A stretch of DNA of 64,000 nucleotides. Origin: Thermodesulfobacteriota bacterium. Lineage in GTDB: Bacteria; Desulfobacterota_D; UBA1144; Nemesobacterales; UBA2774. Positions 50,481-64,000 of this stretch are shown piece after piece. The notes under the pieces were generated by a model. It saw nothing but the letters and a program-made list of their open reading frames with translations. It had not been told where the DNA came from and ran no database searches. Position numbers and translations under genes: made by a program. Each line of letters begins with the position of its first letter. The first letter of the stretch is position 1. The stretch lies in the NCBI GenBank assembly GCA_965223335.1, contig OZ244991.1, positions 1,472,001-1,536,000 on the forward strand, written 5' to 3'.

Positions 50481-51944
50481 CTATCCGCCACCGGTGGCCA
50501 TTAGCACCGAGCCCGCAGCCTTTATTGCCAGACTCCACGAGTCTAGAGGGAATATGCCGAGCAGTAGAACCCCTACCGATAGGATTACAAGGGCTGTTGC
50601 CGATGCAAATTTGAACGACGGAAACCCAAAAGCCCCCTCTTTCATAAAGGCATAAACAAGCACTTTTAGGTAATAATAAGCGGATATTACGCTTGTAATA
50701 ATACCGATGACGGCAAGCCAGTAGAACTCGGCCTGCACCGCGGAGAGGAACACCCTGTACTTTGCAAAGAAGCCGATCATGGGCGGGATGCCCGCCAGCG
50801 AAAACATAAATATTCCAAGCGCCAATGCAAGCATGGGTCTACGGCCCCAAAGCCCTGCAATGTCGTCGAATGTTTCACAGTCCCTGTCCTCACGGCTTAG
50901 ATATGCAAGTACTCCAAATGCACCCAGGTTCATGAAGGTGTAGGCAAATAGGTAATAGATGACGCTTCCTATTGCAATCTCCTGCCCCCCGTAAGCGGCT
51001 ACCACACCTACCATTGCGTAACCTGCGTGGGCTATGCTCGAGTATGCAAGCATTCTCTTTATGCTGTTTTGTGCTAGCGCCGCGATATTGCCAATAATCA
51101 TGGTGAATACAGCAACCACCCAGAGCACTGGCATTATATCGACCTGGATTGCAGCAAAACCCTCGAAAATTACACGTAGCAGAATTGCAAAGGCTGCTGC
51201 TTTAACACCTACAGACATAAATGCCGTCACGGTCATGGGTGCGCCTTCGTATATATCGGGCACCCACTGGTGGAGTGGAAAGGCACCGATCTTGAAGACA
51301 AACCCAATCAAAACGAGTGCCGCACCTGCAACGAATATAGGGTTAGCAGGGTCCATGTTGCTAAATATCTGTTGCAGGTAAATGCTTCCGGTTGCCCCGT
51401 AGATTAATGCTATTCCATATAGGAGTATTGCAGAGGAAAACCCGCCAAGAATCAGGTACTTAATAGCAGCCTCGGTAGAGCGTACCGATTTCCTATCAAA
51501 GCCCGAGAGTACATAGACCGCGATGGACATTATCTCGAACCCGAGAAATAGGGACATAAACTCCCTGGCCGATGCCAGGATCATCATTCCCGAAGTAGAG
51601 AATATTATGAGTGCATAGTACTCGTTTACGTAATCGCCCAGCTTCTGGATGTAGTCTTTCGAGAGCACGACTGCGAGGAAAGCTCCTATTATAAATATGA
51701 GGTTGAAATAAGCTGCAAACTGGTCAAGTGACAGTGCTCCTGAAAAAGCTGTGGTATCTACGCCGAACCGTTTTAAGTTGAGTACGAACCCGACGGTGAG
51801 TCCTACGAGTGCCAATATATATAGGTGTTTTTTGCCCGAGTTGTTTAGAATCGGATCGATTACAATCAGTAAGAGTCCTGTAATGATAAGTGCGAGTTCG
51901 GGTGCAATTAGGTAGGTACTTTTAAGTAACTCTGATAGTTCCAA
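50481..51944 (-). CDS. nuoN: NADH-quinone oxidoreductase subunit N
   Basis: PEL, EAAIKY, FKIGAFP.HQWVPDIYEGAP, KRMLAYSSIAHAGY, SLAGIPP..GF..K, SAYYYL; own promoter TTGACA-17-CATACT near 52002-52030. Confidence 0.93.
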   Translation of the reverse strand: MELSELLKSTYLIAPELALIITGLLLIVIDPILNNSGKKHLYILALVGLTVGFVLNLKRFGVDTTAFSGALSLDQFAAYFNLIFIIGAFLAVVLSKDYIQKLGDYVNEYYALIIFSTSGMMILASAREFMSLFLGFEIMSIAVYVLSGFDRKSVRSTEAAIKYLILGGFSSAILLYGIALIYGATGSIYLQQIFSNMDPANPIFVAGAALVLIGFVFKIGAFPLHQWVPDIYEGAPMTVTAFMSVGVKAAAFAILLRVIFEGFAAIQVDIMPVLWVVAVFTMIIGNIAALAQNSIKRMLAYSSIAHAGYAMVGVVAAYGGQEIAIGSVIYYLFAYTFMNLGAFGVLAYLSREDRDCETFDDIAGLWGRRPMLALALGIFMFSLAGIPPMIGFFAKYRVFLSAVQAEFYWLAVIGIITSVISAYYYLKVLVYAFMKEGAFGFPSFKFASATALVILSVGVLLLGIFPLDSWSLAIKAAGSVLMATGGG

Positions 51945-52167
51945 TTCATTAACTCCGGGACTATAAATAACAATGTGTTAGGGGTGATTTTGAGTAGTGT
52001 AGTATGTGGGAGCAGGGGGGTGTTGTCAAGTTGAGGGAATGCATTTTGATGCCAGTTGAATGTGGCATATAATTAATTAAATAAGCAGAATGCATACTTG
52101 TTCTATAGTCGTGATATGTGAGGTGTTTTTAGCTACAGATTTTTAGAAACCTTGAGGTGTATACAAA

Positions 52168-53229
52168 GTGCCTAATGAAGTGAGATTTACTATAGAGCCT
52201 AGAGAGATAACCAATTCATTCTATGACTTAATTGATTCTTATATGTCTAGAATTGGATACAAAGTGCGGACTGAAGATCCTAATGGAGATTTGTCCTCTG
52301 CTTCTTTACTAATTCATAAAGGGAAAGAACACGATTTCGTTCAACAAGAATGGCCCCCTTATGATTACGAATTTAGTAAAGATGACAGCTTTAAATGTAC
52401 ATTTACCCCCAGTGGCAAAAGAGATGTTGGCAACTTATTTACTATGTATGTGACTTTGGACGTTGCTTTCTGTGACAAAATGATTATGTCAAGAATAGAA
52501 TTACTCACACGGATACACTATTCATACAGAGGGCCTTATAATGAAATGGATATAGACACTATCCACCGACTTCTCAAATTAGCAGCTTTGGTCCATGAGG
52601 ATTTTAAATCCTCCGAAACTAAATGTTTTGAGAAGCATGCAGATGAACCGTGGTTAACATTCCGTACTACAGAACACATTCCTCATATTAATTTTGAACC
52701 TTACGAAATCAGCAAAGGCGCTTCATTTAGAGAATGGCTTTTAAACCCTGATATTATAATAGACTATTATTCACCAAATGTTAGACCATCTATGGATTCC
52801 CCATGGAACCCAAAGTTACCCTTTAATTACGATACCAAACATAATGAGTACCATCTGATCTATGACGATAATACAGGGACAGAACATTGTGCTTTAGTAC
52901 GCAATGACCTCACATTTGGAGCTTGCAAGCTACCTGAGTCCTCAAGGGATAAGCTGTACGACTATCCCAGTGATGAAGAAAAACAACGGATGAGGACTCT
53001 TGCATGGACATCCATGAGCTTAAAAGATGTGATTAAACAACTTGGCGAACCCCAGATTGTACTGCCAAGTGTCAGATACACGGATGAATATTCTCGTTCT
53101 GACCGAGATATCAACGGGCAAATATGCTATACAGAGCTTCTGCCAACTAGCGTGCCTATATTTCGTGAGTATAAAAACGGATTAATAACAGTCGTTTACG
53201 CGGGCAAACAAAAAATGGAGAGTGTTTAG
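52168..53229 (+). CDS. Hypothetical protein (AT-richer, no recognised family)
   Basis: 353-aa ORF, GAGGTG SD with GTG start, opposite strand to both neighbours. Confidence 0.7.
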   Translation: MPNEVRFTIEPREITNSFYDLIDSYMSRIGYKVRTEDPNGDLSSASLLIHKGKEHDFVQQEWPPYDYEFSKDDSFKCTFTPSGKRDVGNLFTMYVTLDVAFCDKMIMSRIELLTRIHYSYRGPYNEMDIDTIHRLLKLAALVHEDFKSSETKCFEKHADEPWLTFRTTEHIPHINFEPYEISKGASFREWLLNPDIIIDYYSPNVRPSMDSPWNPKLPFNYDTKHNEYHLIYDDNTGTEHCALVRNDLTFGACKLPESSRDKLYDYPSDEEKQRMRTLAWTSMSLKDVIKQLGEPQIVLPSVRYTDEYSRSDRDINGQICYTELLPTSVPIFREYKNGLITVVYAGKQKMESV

Positions 53230-53238
53230 GTTTGTGCC

Positions 53239-54036
53239 TCAGCACTCGGCCTGGTCGTACTCGTCTACGTCGTTAATTTCGCCTGTGCCATTGCAGAGCT
53301 GACACGACGGGTCTTTCTTCACATTCACCACATTAAAAGACATCTTGAGTGCGTTAAACATCAGTAGTTTTCCGCTAAGCGATTCCCCGATCTGGAGTAA
53401 TTCTTTTATGGTCTCTACCGCCTGCATTGTACCGATTATCCCGGCCACGGCACCCAGTATGCCTGCCTCCTGGCAGTTGGGCATTGTACCTACGGGTGGG
53501 ATCTCGGGATATAAACAGCGGTAGCAAGCACTGCCAGCGTGGGGTTTAAACACCGCTACCTGACCCTCGAATTGGAATATGGCTCCGGACACAAGTGTCT
53601 TTTTTTCGAAGTAGCACGCATCGTTTATCAGATAGCGCGTTTGGAAATTATCGGTGCCGTCCACAACAATATCAAAATCACTTATGATGCTCCGTATGTT
53701 GTGTTTAGTGATTCTCTCTTTGTGCTCAATGATGTTAACGTCTGGGTTTAGTTTCTCGAGTTTTTCACGGGCCGAGTGGGTTTTGGATTTTCCTATGTCA
53801 TCGGTCGAGTGGATCACCTGGCGATGGAGGTTGGATATATCGACCTGGTCCGAGTCGGCAATCCCTATAGTGCCTACACCGGCTCCTGCCAGATAAAGTG
53901 CGATCGGCGAGCCTAAGCCACCCACTCCCACACAAAACACCTTGGATTTTAGAAGCTGCTGCTGCCCTATACCACCTACCTCGGGCAGTATGATGTGTCG
54001 GCTGTATCTATATATCTGTTCTTCGGTTAAGTCCAA
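53239..54036 (-). CDS. moeB: MoeB/ThiF family adenylyltransferase (no rhodanese domain)
   Basis: RYSRH, GVGGLG, SNLHRQ, DGTDNF, CYRC, PNCQEAG, C..C. Confidence 0.85.
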   Translation of the reverse strand: MDLTEEQIYRYSRHIILPEVGGIGQQQLLKSKVFCVGVGGLGSPIALYLAGAGVGTIGIADSDQVDISNLHRQVIHSTDDIGKSKTHSAREKLEKLNPDVNIIEHKERITKHNIRSIISDFDIVVDGTDNFQTRYLINDACYFEKKTLVSGAIFQFEGQVAVFKPHAGSACYRCLYPEIPPVGTMPNCQEAGILGAVAGIIGTMQAVETIKELLQIGESLSGKLLMFNALKMSFNVVNVKKDPSCQLCNGTGEINDVDEYDQAEC

Positions 54037-54050
54037 AACGTTCCACCTCG

Positions 54051-54467
54051 TTATTCTTCTACCACTTTGATTTCTTCTTCTATAAAGCCGCCGTCAAATT
54101 CCTCGAGTACCCATCCCCTGGCGTCATTAAACTTACCACTGTTTATAGAATAAATAATATACACCCAATCCGGCCATGCCCTAACTCTATCGGTCTCGGA
54201 CGGGAGTGAGGGGTGGTCGGGATGAGTATGGTAAATGCCGAGTATCTCAAGTCCCTTTTCCCTGGCCCATTCATCTGCTTCGTTAAACGAGATGGGGTCG
54301 AGTTCATAACGGTCGTGTGCACGCTCGGTGTTTAGGTTCCGGCAGATCTTATAGTCCGTGATCTTTCCATTGTTGCCAATCAATACACCGCATACCTCGT
54401 GCGGGAACCCTGATTCCCCATGCTCTATGATGCCCTTGTGGGCCGACTTTGCGATCTCTACCACCAC
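54051..54467 (-). CDS. mec: JAB/MPN+ (M67) metallopeptidase, Mec-like
   Basis: PHEVCG and YHTHPDHPSLPSETD JAMM motif; adjacent to a cysteine synthase. Confidence 0.85.
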   Translation of the reverse strand: MVVEIAKSAHKGIIEHGESGFPHEVCGVLIGNNGKITDYKICRNLNTERAHDRYELDPISFNEADEWAREKGLEILGIYHTHPDHPSLPSETDRVRAWPDWVYIIYSINSGKFNDARGWVLEEFDGGFIEEEIKVVEE

Positions 54468-55408
54468 AGTTCTCCACTTAAGTAACGATAGCCCCCGTCG
54501 GGAAGCACAGTGACAAACACGCCCTCATCCACCCTGCTTGCGTATTCGAGCGTAGCGTATGCGACTGCTCCGCCCGAGTGGCCCACAAATATACCCTCTT
54601 TGGTAAGCAGTTCTCTCATAGTGTCGTATGCGTTTTCCGTAGACACTCGCACAGATTCATCGGGGAAAGACGCATTGAAAATTCCAGGTACGATCGATGT
54701 GGGCATGTGTTTCATTCCCTCTAGACCGTGCAGTGCCTCTTCCGGTTCGATAGAGACCGTCACGATGTCGGGATTAAACTCTTTTAGCCTCTTGCTAGTA
54801 CCCATAAAAGTGCCGCTTGTGCCGAGTCCGGCGAGGAAGTGGGTAATGCGCCCCTGGGTCTGCTCCCATATCTCTACCGCTGTGGTCTCGTAATGGGACC
54901 TCGGGTTCTCGGGGTTATTGTACTGGTCTGGCATAAAGTATTTATCGGGGTTTTCTTCCTTTAATTTTCTGGCCAAGCGGATTGCCCCGTCAGAACCCTC
55001 TAGTGGGTCCGAATAGATTATCTCGGCACCATAAGCATGGAGCGCCTGTTTACGCTCTACATTTATATTGAGTGGTGTGACCAGCTCTACCTTGTATCCC
55101 ATTGCGGCACCGATCATTGCATAGGCGATGGCGGTGTTACCCGAGGACGAGTCCATCAATATCTTGTCGTCGGTGAGCTCGCCTTTTCGAATGCCCTCTT
55201 GGATCATTCGCAGTGCGGGTCTGTCTTTAACCGAACCGCCCGGGTTAAACCACTCGGCCTTGGCATAGACCTCTACCTTGGGGCTTAGCGTGTCTCTAAT
55301 TCGCGAGAGCTTAATAAGCGGAGTGTTGCCTATTAAGTCTACTATAGAGTTAGCCCGTCTCACGCGAGATGCGGGAGTATGTGATTTTGCAGTGGACAGT
55401 TCCATCAA
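54458..55408 (-). CDS. cysM: Cysteine synthase, CysM-like
   Basis: IGNTPL, K.E..NPGGSVKDR, SSGNT, GLGTSGT, PDGG.RYLS. Confidence 0.88.
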   Translation of the reverse strand: MMELSTAKSHTPASRVRRANSIVDLIGNTPLIKLSRIRDTLSPKVEVYAKAEWFNPGGSVKDRPALRMIQEGIRKGELTDDKILMDSSSGNTAIAYAMIGAAMGYKVELVTPLNINVERKQALHAYGAEIIYSDPLEGSDGAIRLARKLKEENPDKYFMPDQYNNPENPRSHYETTAVEIWEQTQGRITHFLAGLGTSGTFMGTSKRLKEFNPDIVTVSIEPEEALHGLEGMKHMPTSIVPGIFNASFPDESVRVSTENAYDTMRELLTKEGIFVGHSGGAVAYATLEYASRVDEGVFVTVLPDGGYRYLSGELWW

Positions 55409-55638
55409 CAGCGCTCTATTAGAATTTTGTATACGTCTTCTGTGTCCTGGCGGATCTCGAGTATCTTATGTCCCTCTTCCTTAATGGCCATCGGAACGTT
55501 TGTAAGCGGCTCGCCTTTTCTGAGCGTTACCTCGAGTATCTCACCGGGCGTCATGGTCTCTAGCTTGAGTTTGGTCTTGACGTAAGTCATGGGGCAAATC
55601 TCTTTTGTTATATCGATGCTTGCATTGCTGTTACTCAT
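55405..55638 (-). CDS. tusA: TusA/SirA family sulfur carrier
   Basis: D....ICPM..VKTKL.LE....GE.LEV; GGGAG SD before the ATG at 55638. Confidence 0.85.
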   Translation of the reverse strand: MSNSNASIDITKEICPMTYVKTKLKLETMTPGEILEVTLRKGEPLTNVPMAIKEEGHKILEIRQDTEDVYKILIERC

Positions 55639-55765
55639 ACATTCACTCCCGAGCAACTACCCCTTAAAACCTTAAATTTATAATAAAGAAGATAAGATAA
55701 GGTTACCATATAGGTCTTGTTGCCACAATGCAGAGTCTCTGCGATCAATGGCAGGCCTCAGGTAC

Positions 55766-55906
55766 TCAATCTTCTATCTCTACATCTATTATTTCGCCTT
55801 CCTCACGGTTATCGGGCCGACGCGGCGGTATCTGTTCCCTTTTTACCGACAGCCTTCCCAGCCAAAATACAAACCCCAGTATTGCGAGTACGATTAGTAT
55901 CTTCAT
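55766..55906 (-). CDS. Small single-pass membrane protein (46 aa, missed by the ORF track)
   Basis: MKILIVLAILGFVFWLGRLSVKREQIPPRRPDNREEGEIIDVEIED; TATACT lies 8 nt before the ATG. Confidence 0.65.
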   Translation of the reverse strand: MKILIVLAILGFVFWLGRLSVKREQIPPRRPDNREEGEIIDVEIED

Positions 55907-55954
55907 ATTGTTTCAGTATAGATAAATAATGTACGGGATGGATTCATAAATGCA

Positions 55955-56656
55955 CTATTTGCCGTTTTTGATGCTTGCTATCACTGACTCGAATATGAGC
56001 CTCCCATCAGCACCACCCATTAGCTCCTCGGAGCAGCGTTCGGGGTGGGGCATCATCCCTACCACGTTACCCTGCTTATTACAGAGCGCTGCGATGTTGT
56101 CGGCTGAGCCGTTTGGGTTCGACTCCTCGTTTATATTGCCATCTGAATCGCAGTACCTAAACACGACCTGTTCGTTTTTATCAAGTGTCGCGAGTTTATC
56201 ATGAGTCCAAAAGTAATTACCTTCCCCATGTGCAATGGGGATCTTAAGCACATCACCCTGGTTCATTAGATTGGTAAAGCTTGTCTCGTTGTTCTCTATC
56301 CTTACATGCACCCATTTGCATACGAATTTGAGCGACGCGTTTTTCATAAGCGATCCGGGCAAGAGGCCGCACTCGACAAGTACCTGGAACCCGTTGCATA
56401 TGCCTATCACAGGCTTACCCTCGGCCGCAAACTGTTTTACGGCAGACATGATTGGTGAGAGCTGTGCAATGGAACCGCTACGCAGGTAATCTCCGTACGA
56501 AAACCCGCCGGGTATTACAATACAGTCGAACCTCTCAACATCTGTCTCCTCGTGCCACACAAACTCACAGCCCTGCCCCAGCACTTTTTTTAGCACGTGG
56601 TAACAGTCGTGATCACAGTTGGATCCGGGGAATACAACAACTCCGAAATTGGGCAT
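55955..56656 (-). CDS. purQ: Phosphoribosylformylglycinamidine synthase subunit PurQ
   Basis: [39 protein letters not shown]. Confidence 0.96.
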   Translation of the reverse strand: MPNFGVVVFPGSNCDHDCYHVLKKVLGQGCEFVWHEETDVERFDCIVIPGGFSYGDYLRSGSIAQLSPIMSAVKQFAAEGKPVIGICNGFQVLVECGLLPGSLMKNASLKFVCKWVHVRIENNETSFTNLMNQGDVLKIPIAHGEGNYFWTHDKLATLDKNEQVVFRYCDSDGNINEESNPNGSADNIAALCNKQGNVVGMMPHPERCSEELMGGADGRLIFESVIASIKNGK

Positions 56657-56660
56657 GTGG

Positions 56661-56909
56661 TTACTCTATATTAATGGAATAGTCCTCAATCACCGGGTTA
56701 GCCAATAGCTTTCCACACATCTCGTCCACGCGCGATCTCACCGTGTCTTCATCGGTGTCTCGTATGTCGAGCTCTATCAGCTTGCCGATCCTGGTGTCCT
56801 CCACCTCGTCGTAGCCCAGGTTCTTAAGTGCTGCAAGCACGGTTTTGCCCTGGGGGTCGAGCACCACGGGTTTTAGTTTTATCTCTATCTTTACCTTATA
56901 GTCTTTCAT
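56661..56909 (-). CDS. purS: Phosphoribosylformylglycinamidine synthase subunit PurS
   Basis: [22 protein letters not shown]. Confidence 0.95.
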   Translation of the reverse strand: MKDYKVKIEIKLKPVVLDPQGKTVLAALKNLGYDEVEDTRIGKLIELDIRDTDEDTVRSRVDEMCGKLLANPVIEDYSINIE

Positions 56910-56920
56910 GATTCTTCCTA

Positions 56921-57757
56921 TTATCTGCTTGTAAGAATTTCGTATAGACGTTCAAGCTCCTCGGTGGAATGATACTCTATCTCGATCTTGCCTTTCCCGT
57001 TTTTATCGTTAATTCGTACTCGTGTGCCGAGCGAGCTTGTAAGCCGGTCCACAATCTCTTTTATTTCTCCCGAGACCTGAGTGCCAGACTTAGCCGCAGG
57101 TTTCCGAGTCCTCTTTTTTTGTATAAGAGCCTCAGTGTGCCGGACGTTTAGCTTTTGTTTCCTTATTGTGTTTAGAAGGGTTTTTCTCTCGGCCTCGGTC
57201 TCTAGCGCCAGTATTGCACGTGCATGACCGGGAGTGATCTCGCCCGAGACGAGTGCCTCTTTGGCTTCGTCCGAGAGTTTCAACAACCTTATCTGGTTTG
57301 TGATAGACGACCTGTTTTTACCCAGCTCTTTTCCGATCTCTTCGTGTGTGAGTCCGTACTCATTCATAAGCTGTTCGTATGCAATGGCTTCCTCAATGGG
57401 GTTTAGGTCCTCGCGCTGCAGGTTTTCTATGAGTGCAAGCTCGAAGGCCTCTTTGTCCGATACATCCTTTAATATGACTGGAACTTTCTTAATACCTGCA
57501 AGCTGTGCGGCACGCCACCTTCGTTCGCCCGCTATCAGTTCGTATCCCTCGGAGGTTTTGCGTACGATTAAGGGCTGTACCACACCTTTTTCTTTTATGG
57601 AGTCAGAGAGCTCTTTAATCGATTTGATGTCGAACTCTTTACGTGGTTGGGTGTGGCTGGGTTTGATTTCCTGGATACCGGCCAGAAAAAATCCCGCGCC
57701 GGTCTCTTCTGTGGGAATAAGCGAGTCGAGCCCTCTACCCAGCGTAGCTTTTTTCAA
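56921..57757 (-). CDS. parB: Chromosome partitioning protein ParB
   Basis: [42 protein letters not shown] before the TTG at 57757. Confidence 0.94.
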   Translation of the reverse strand: MKKATLGRGLDSLIPTEETGAGFFLAGIQEIKPSHTQPRKEFDIKSIKELSDSIKEKGVVQPLIVRKTSEGYELIAGERRWRAAQLAGIKKVPVILKDVSDKEAFELALIENLQREDLNPIEEAIAYEQLMNEYGLTHEEIGKELGKNRSSITNQIRLLKLSDEAKEALVSGEITPGHARAILALETEAERKTLLNTIRKQKLNVRHTEALIQKKRTRKPAAKSGTQVSGEIKEIVDRLTSSLGTRVRINDKNGKGKIEIEYHSTEELERLYEILTSR

Positions 57758-58544
57758 ACTTCTCCCCCGTCTGATTTTTGGCAATGATCTCTTGAGCTAG
57801 CGAGAGATAGCATTTAGCCCCCGTGGATTTAATGTCGTAGAGTATGACCGGTTTTCCATAGCTGGGGGACTCTGCGAGTCTAACGTTTCTTTGAATCATT
57901 GTCCTGAAAGTTTCTTCTCTGAAGTAGCCTTTTATCTCATCCGCTACAACGTGGCATATATTATTCCTGGAATCAAACATTGTAAGCAAATATCCCTCGA
58001 CACCAAGCTCGGGGTTTAGCCTCTGGCGTATTAACGAGACCGTGCGTTTAAGCTGTCCTAACCCCTCCATGGCATAGTACTCACACTGTACCGGTATTAG
58101 TACTGAGTCCGATGCGGTGAGTGCGTTTACGGTTAAGAGACTTAGCGACGGCGGGCAGTCGATCAGTATGTAGTCATAGTAATTTCTGACAGCGTCTATG
58201 GCCTCTTTCAGTTTCCACTCCCGATTGGGAAAACTTATAAGCTCGACCTCGGCACCGCTTAGGTCGGGGTTGGCGGGAGCAAGGTGTAGGTATCCATTAA
58301 AATTCTCGCGGTCAATATCAATTATGACTTCGTCAATGGCACACTCACCAATTATTGCATTGTATATTGTTCTAGAGGTGTTCTCTTTATCGATTCCCAC
58401 CCCGCTTGTGGCATTGGCCTGTGGGTCGAAATCTACAATAAGTGTTTTCTTGTGCGCCACCGCAAGCGATGCCCCCAGATTAATAACGGTAGTGGTCTTC
58501 CCCACCCCACCTTTTTGGTTTGCAATGCTTATGACTTTTCCCAT
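57735..58544 (-). CDS. parA: Chromosome partitioning ATPase ParA/Soj
   Basis: [44 protein letters not shown]. Confidence 0.95.
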   Translation of the reverse strand: MGKVISIANQKGGVGKTTTVINLGASLAVAHKKTLIVDFDPQANATSGVGIDKENTSRTIYNAIIGECAIDEVIIDIDRENFNGYLHLAPANPDLSGAEVELISFPNREWKLKEAIDAVRNYYDYILIDCPPSLSLLTVNALTASDSVLIPVQCEYYAMEGLGQLKRTVSLIRQRLNPELGVEGYLLTMFDSRNNICHVVADEIKGYFREETFRTMIQRNVRLAESPSYGKPVILYDIKSTGAKCYLSLAQEIIAKNQTGEKFEKSYAG

Positions 58545-58757
58545 ATTCAGTAGATCATCTCATCCCAAATAATTAATGGTGAATAAGAATATCAACAAGT
58601 TTCATCCGGTTGAAATCGCAACTATAACTAAGGAGCCAACCCCTTGTGACGGCTACTTGAGTAATAATCATATTATCCTCAATTAAAACCATGTGCAAGG
58701 CTGATTTGGGGCCCGGCAATGAGAATGTCTGGAGTCTAATTAGGCTCTAAAAATTAG

Positions 58758-58920
58758 TTGAATACCCACCTTTTATTTGCTAATATATATAATGGGGTTT
58801 TAGCCCTCTTGGGGCTTTAATCGGGGCTTGAGCTTATTTAAAAATAAGTTCTTGACATCCAATTGATTTGCTATATATTATAACCCTCTTCAAGTTTTTG
58901 AAGTTACTTGTTCTTTGAAA
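58758..58920 (+). promoter_or_regulatory. rrn tandem promoters and boxA antiterminator
   Basis: TTGAAT-17-TAATAT (58758), TTGACA-16-TATATT (58852), TGTTCTTTGAAA (58909-58920); second boxA-like CGATCTTTGACA at 60911-60922. Confidence 0.65.
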
Positions 58921-58976
58921 ATTAAATAGCAGATACGCGGGCTATGGATGAACCAAGCAATTCTTTTTCTATAAGT

Positions 58977-60542
<1,566 letters not shown>

Positions 60543-60643
60543 TCGGAGAAAATGCTTGTTACTCTTGCGTTCGACGTATCTGCTATTCAATTTTGGTGCT
60601 CTCATGGGTATCAAGTGGAGTCAGCTAAAGAGGTGCTCTTGAT

Positions 60644-60720
<77 letters not shown>

Positions 60721-60787
60721 TAGATTTATTTAACTCTATTGAGTTCTTAATCTGTGGCTGGTTCGCACTATTGTAAATTGTAAATGC

Positions 60788-60861
60788 GGGGGTGTAGCTC
60801 AGTCAGGGAGAGCGCCTGCCTTGCAAGCAGGAGGTCGGCGGTTCGATTCCGCTCACCTCCA
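60788..60861 (+). tRNA. tRNA-Ala(TGC), CCA not encoded
   Basis: GGGGGTG/CACCTCC-A; anticodon arm CCTGC-CTTGCAA-GCAGG. Confidence 0.96.
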
Positions 60862-60989
60862 AATTTGCGATCTATGAGAACACAGAGAGCAAGCGATTTA
60901 ATTATCGCATCGATCTTTGACAATTGTATATTGTGCTGAGTAAAACAAACGCGTCAGTTTTTATGTATGCGGCGATTTTCATACCTTGC

Positions 60990-64000
<3,011 letters not shown>

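Noticed and set aside
53239..54467. E1-like plus JAB genes as a CBASS/Bil-type anti-phage ubiquitination system
   Set aside because: No E2, cyclase or effector is present, and the cysM/tusA context indicates sulfur metabolism.
57735..57784. 50-nt parA/parB overlap suggesting a frameshift
   Set aside because: A TTG start at 57757 with a GGGGGAG SD gives a normal ParB N-terminus and a short ordinary overlap.
58545..58760. Possible parS site or oriC near parAB
   Set aside because: I found no TGTTTCACGTGAAACA-like palindrome and no clustered DnaA boxes by eye.

Overview
Core chromosomal window from a Gram-negative, deep-branching bacterium. The 16S signatures and gene content suggest a Desulfobacterota-related lineage such as Ca. 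Dadabacteria, but this is inference and was not searched. The window is mostly housekeeping: the end of a chemotaxis cluster (cheB, double cheW), rnc, hom-ntrBC, pyrE, uppS-dxr-rseP, ctpA, rpsU-dnaG-rpoD, purN, aroF, ald, mgtE, glycerate kinase, nuoABCD with a separate nuoN, ftsK-lolA, parAB-purSQ and an rRNA operon (16S-tRNA-Ile-tRNA-Ala-23S, running off the right edge). No CRISPR array, prophage or IS element was seen. The most unusual items are: (1) two paralogous secreted Cys-containing proteins, one with a ~258-aa domain inserted between two cysteines and a Ser/Gly-Cys-TM-basic C-terminal sorting signal; (2) a tyrosine recombinase with altered catalytic residues, back-to-back with a stand-alone 5S rRNA gene; (3) an RseP with an extra PDZ-like domain in its predicted cytoplasmic loop; (4) a sigma54 promoter and divergent activator in front of a PiT/CysP transporter and APS reductase; (5) a tusA-cysM-mec-moeB sulfur-relay cluster with no Gly-Gly carrier; (6) a shared operator in front of a Cys-rich TetR and an ECF sigma factor; (7) many apparently leaderless genes; (8) three small ORFs missed by the ORF track.
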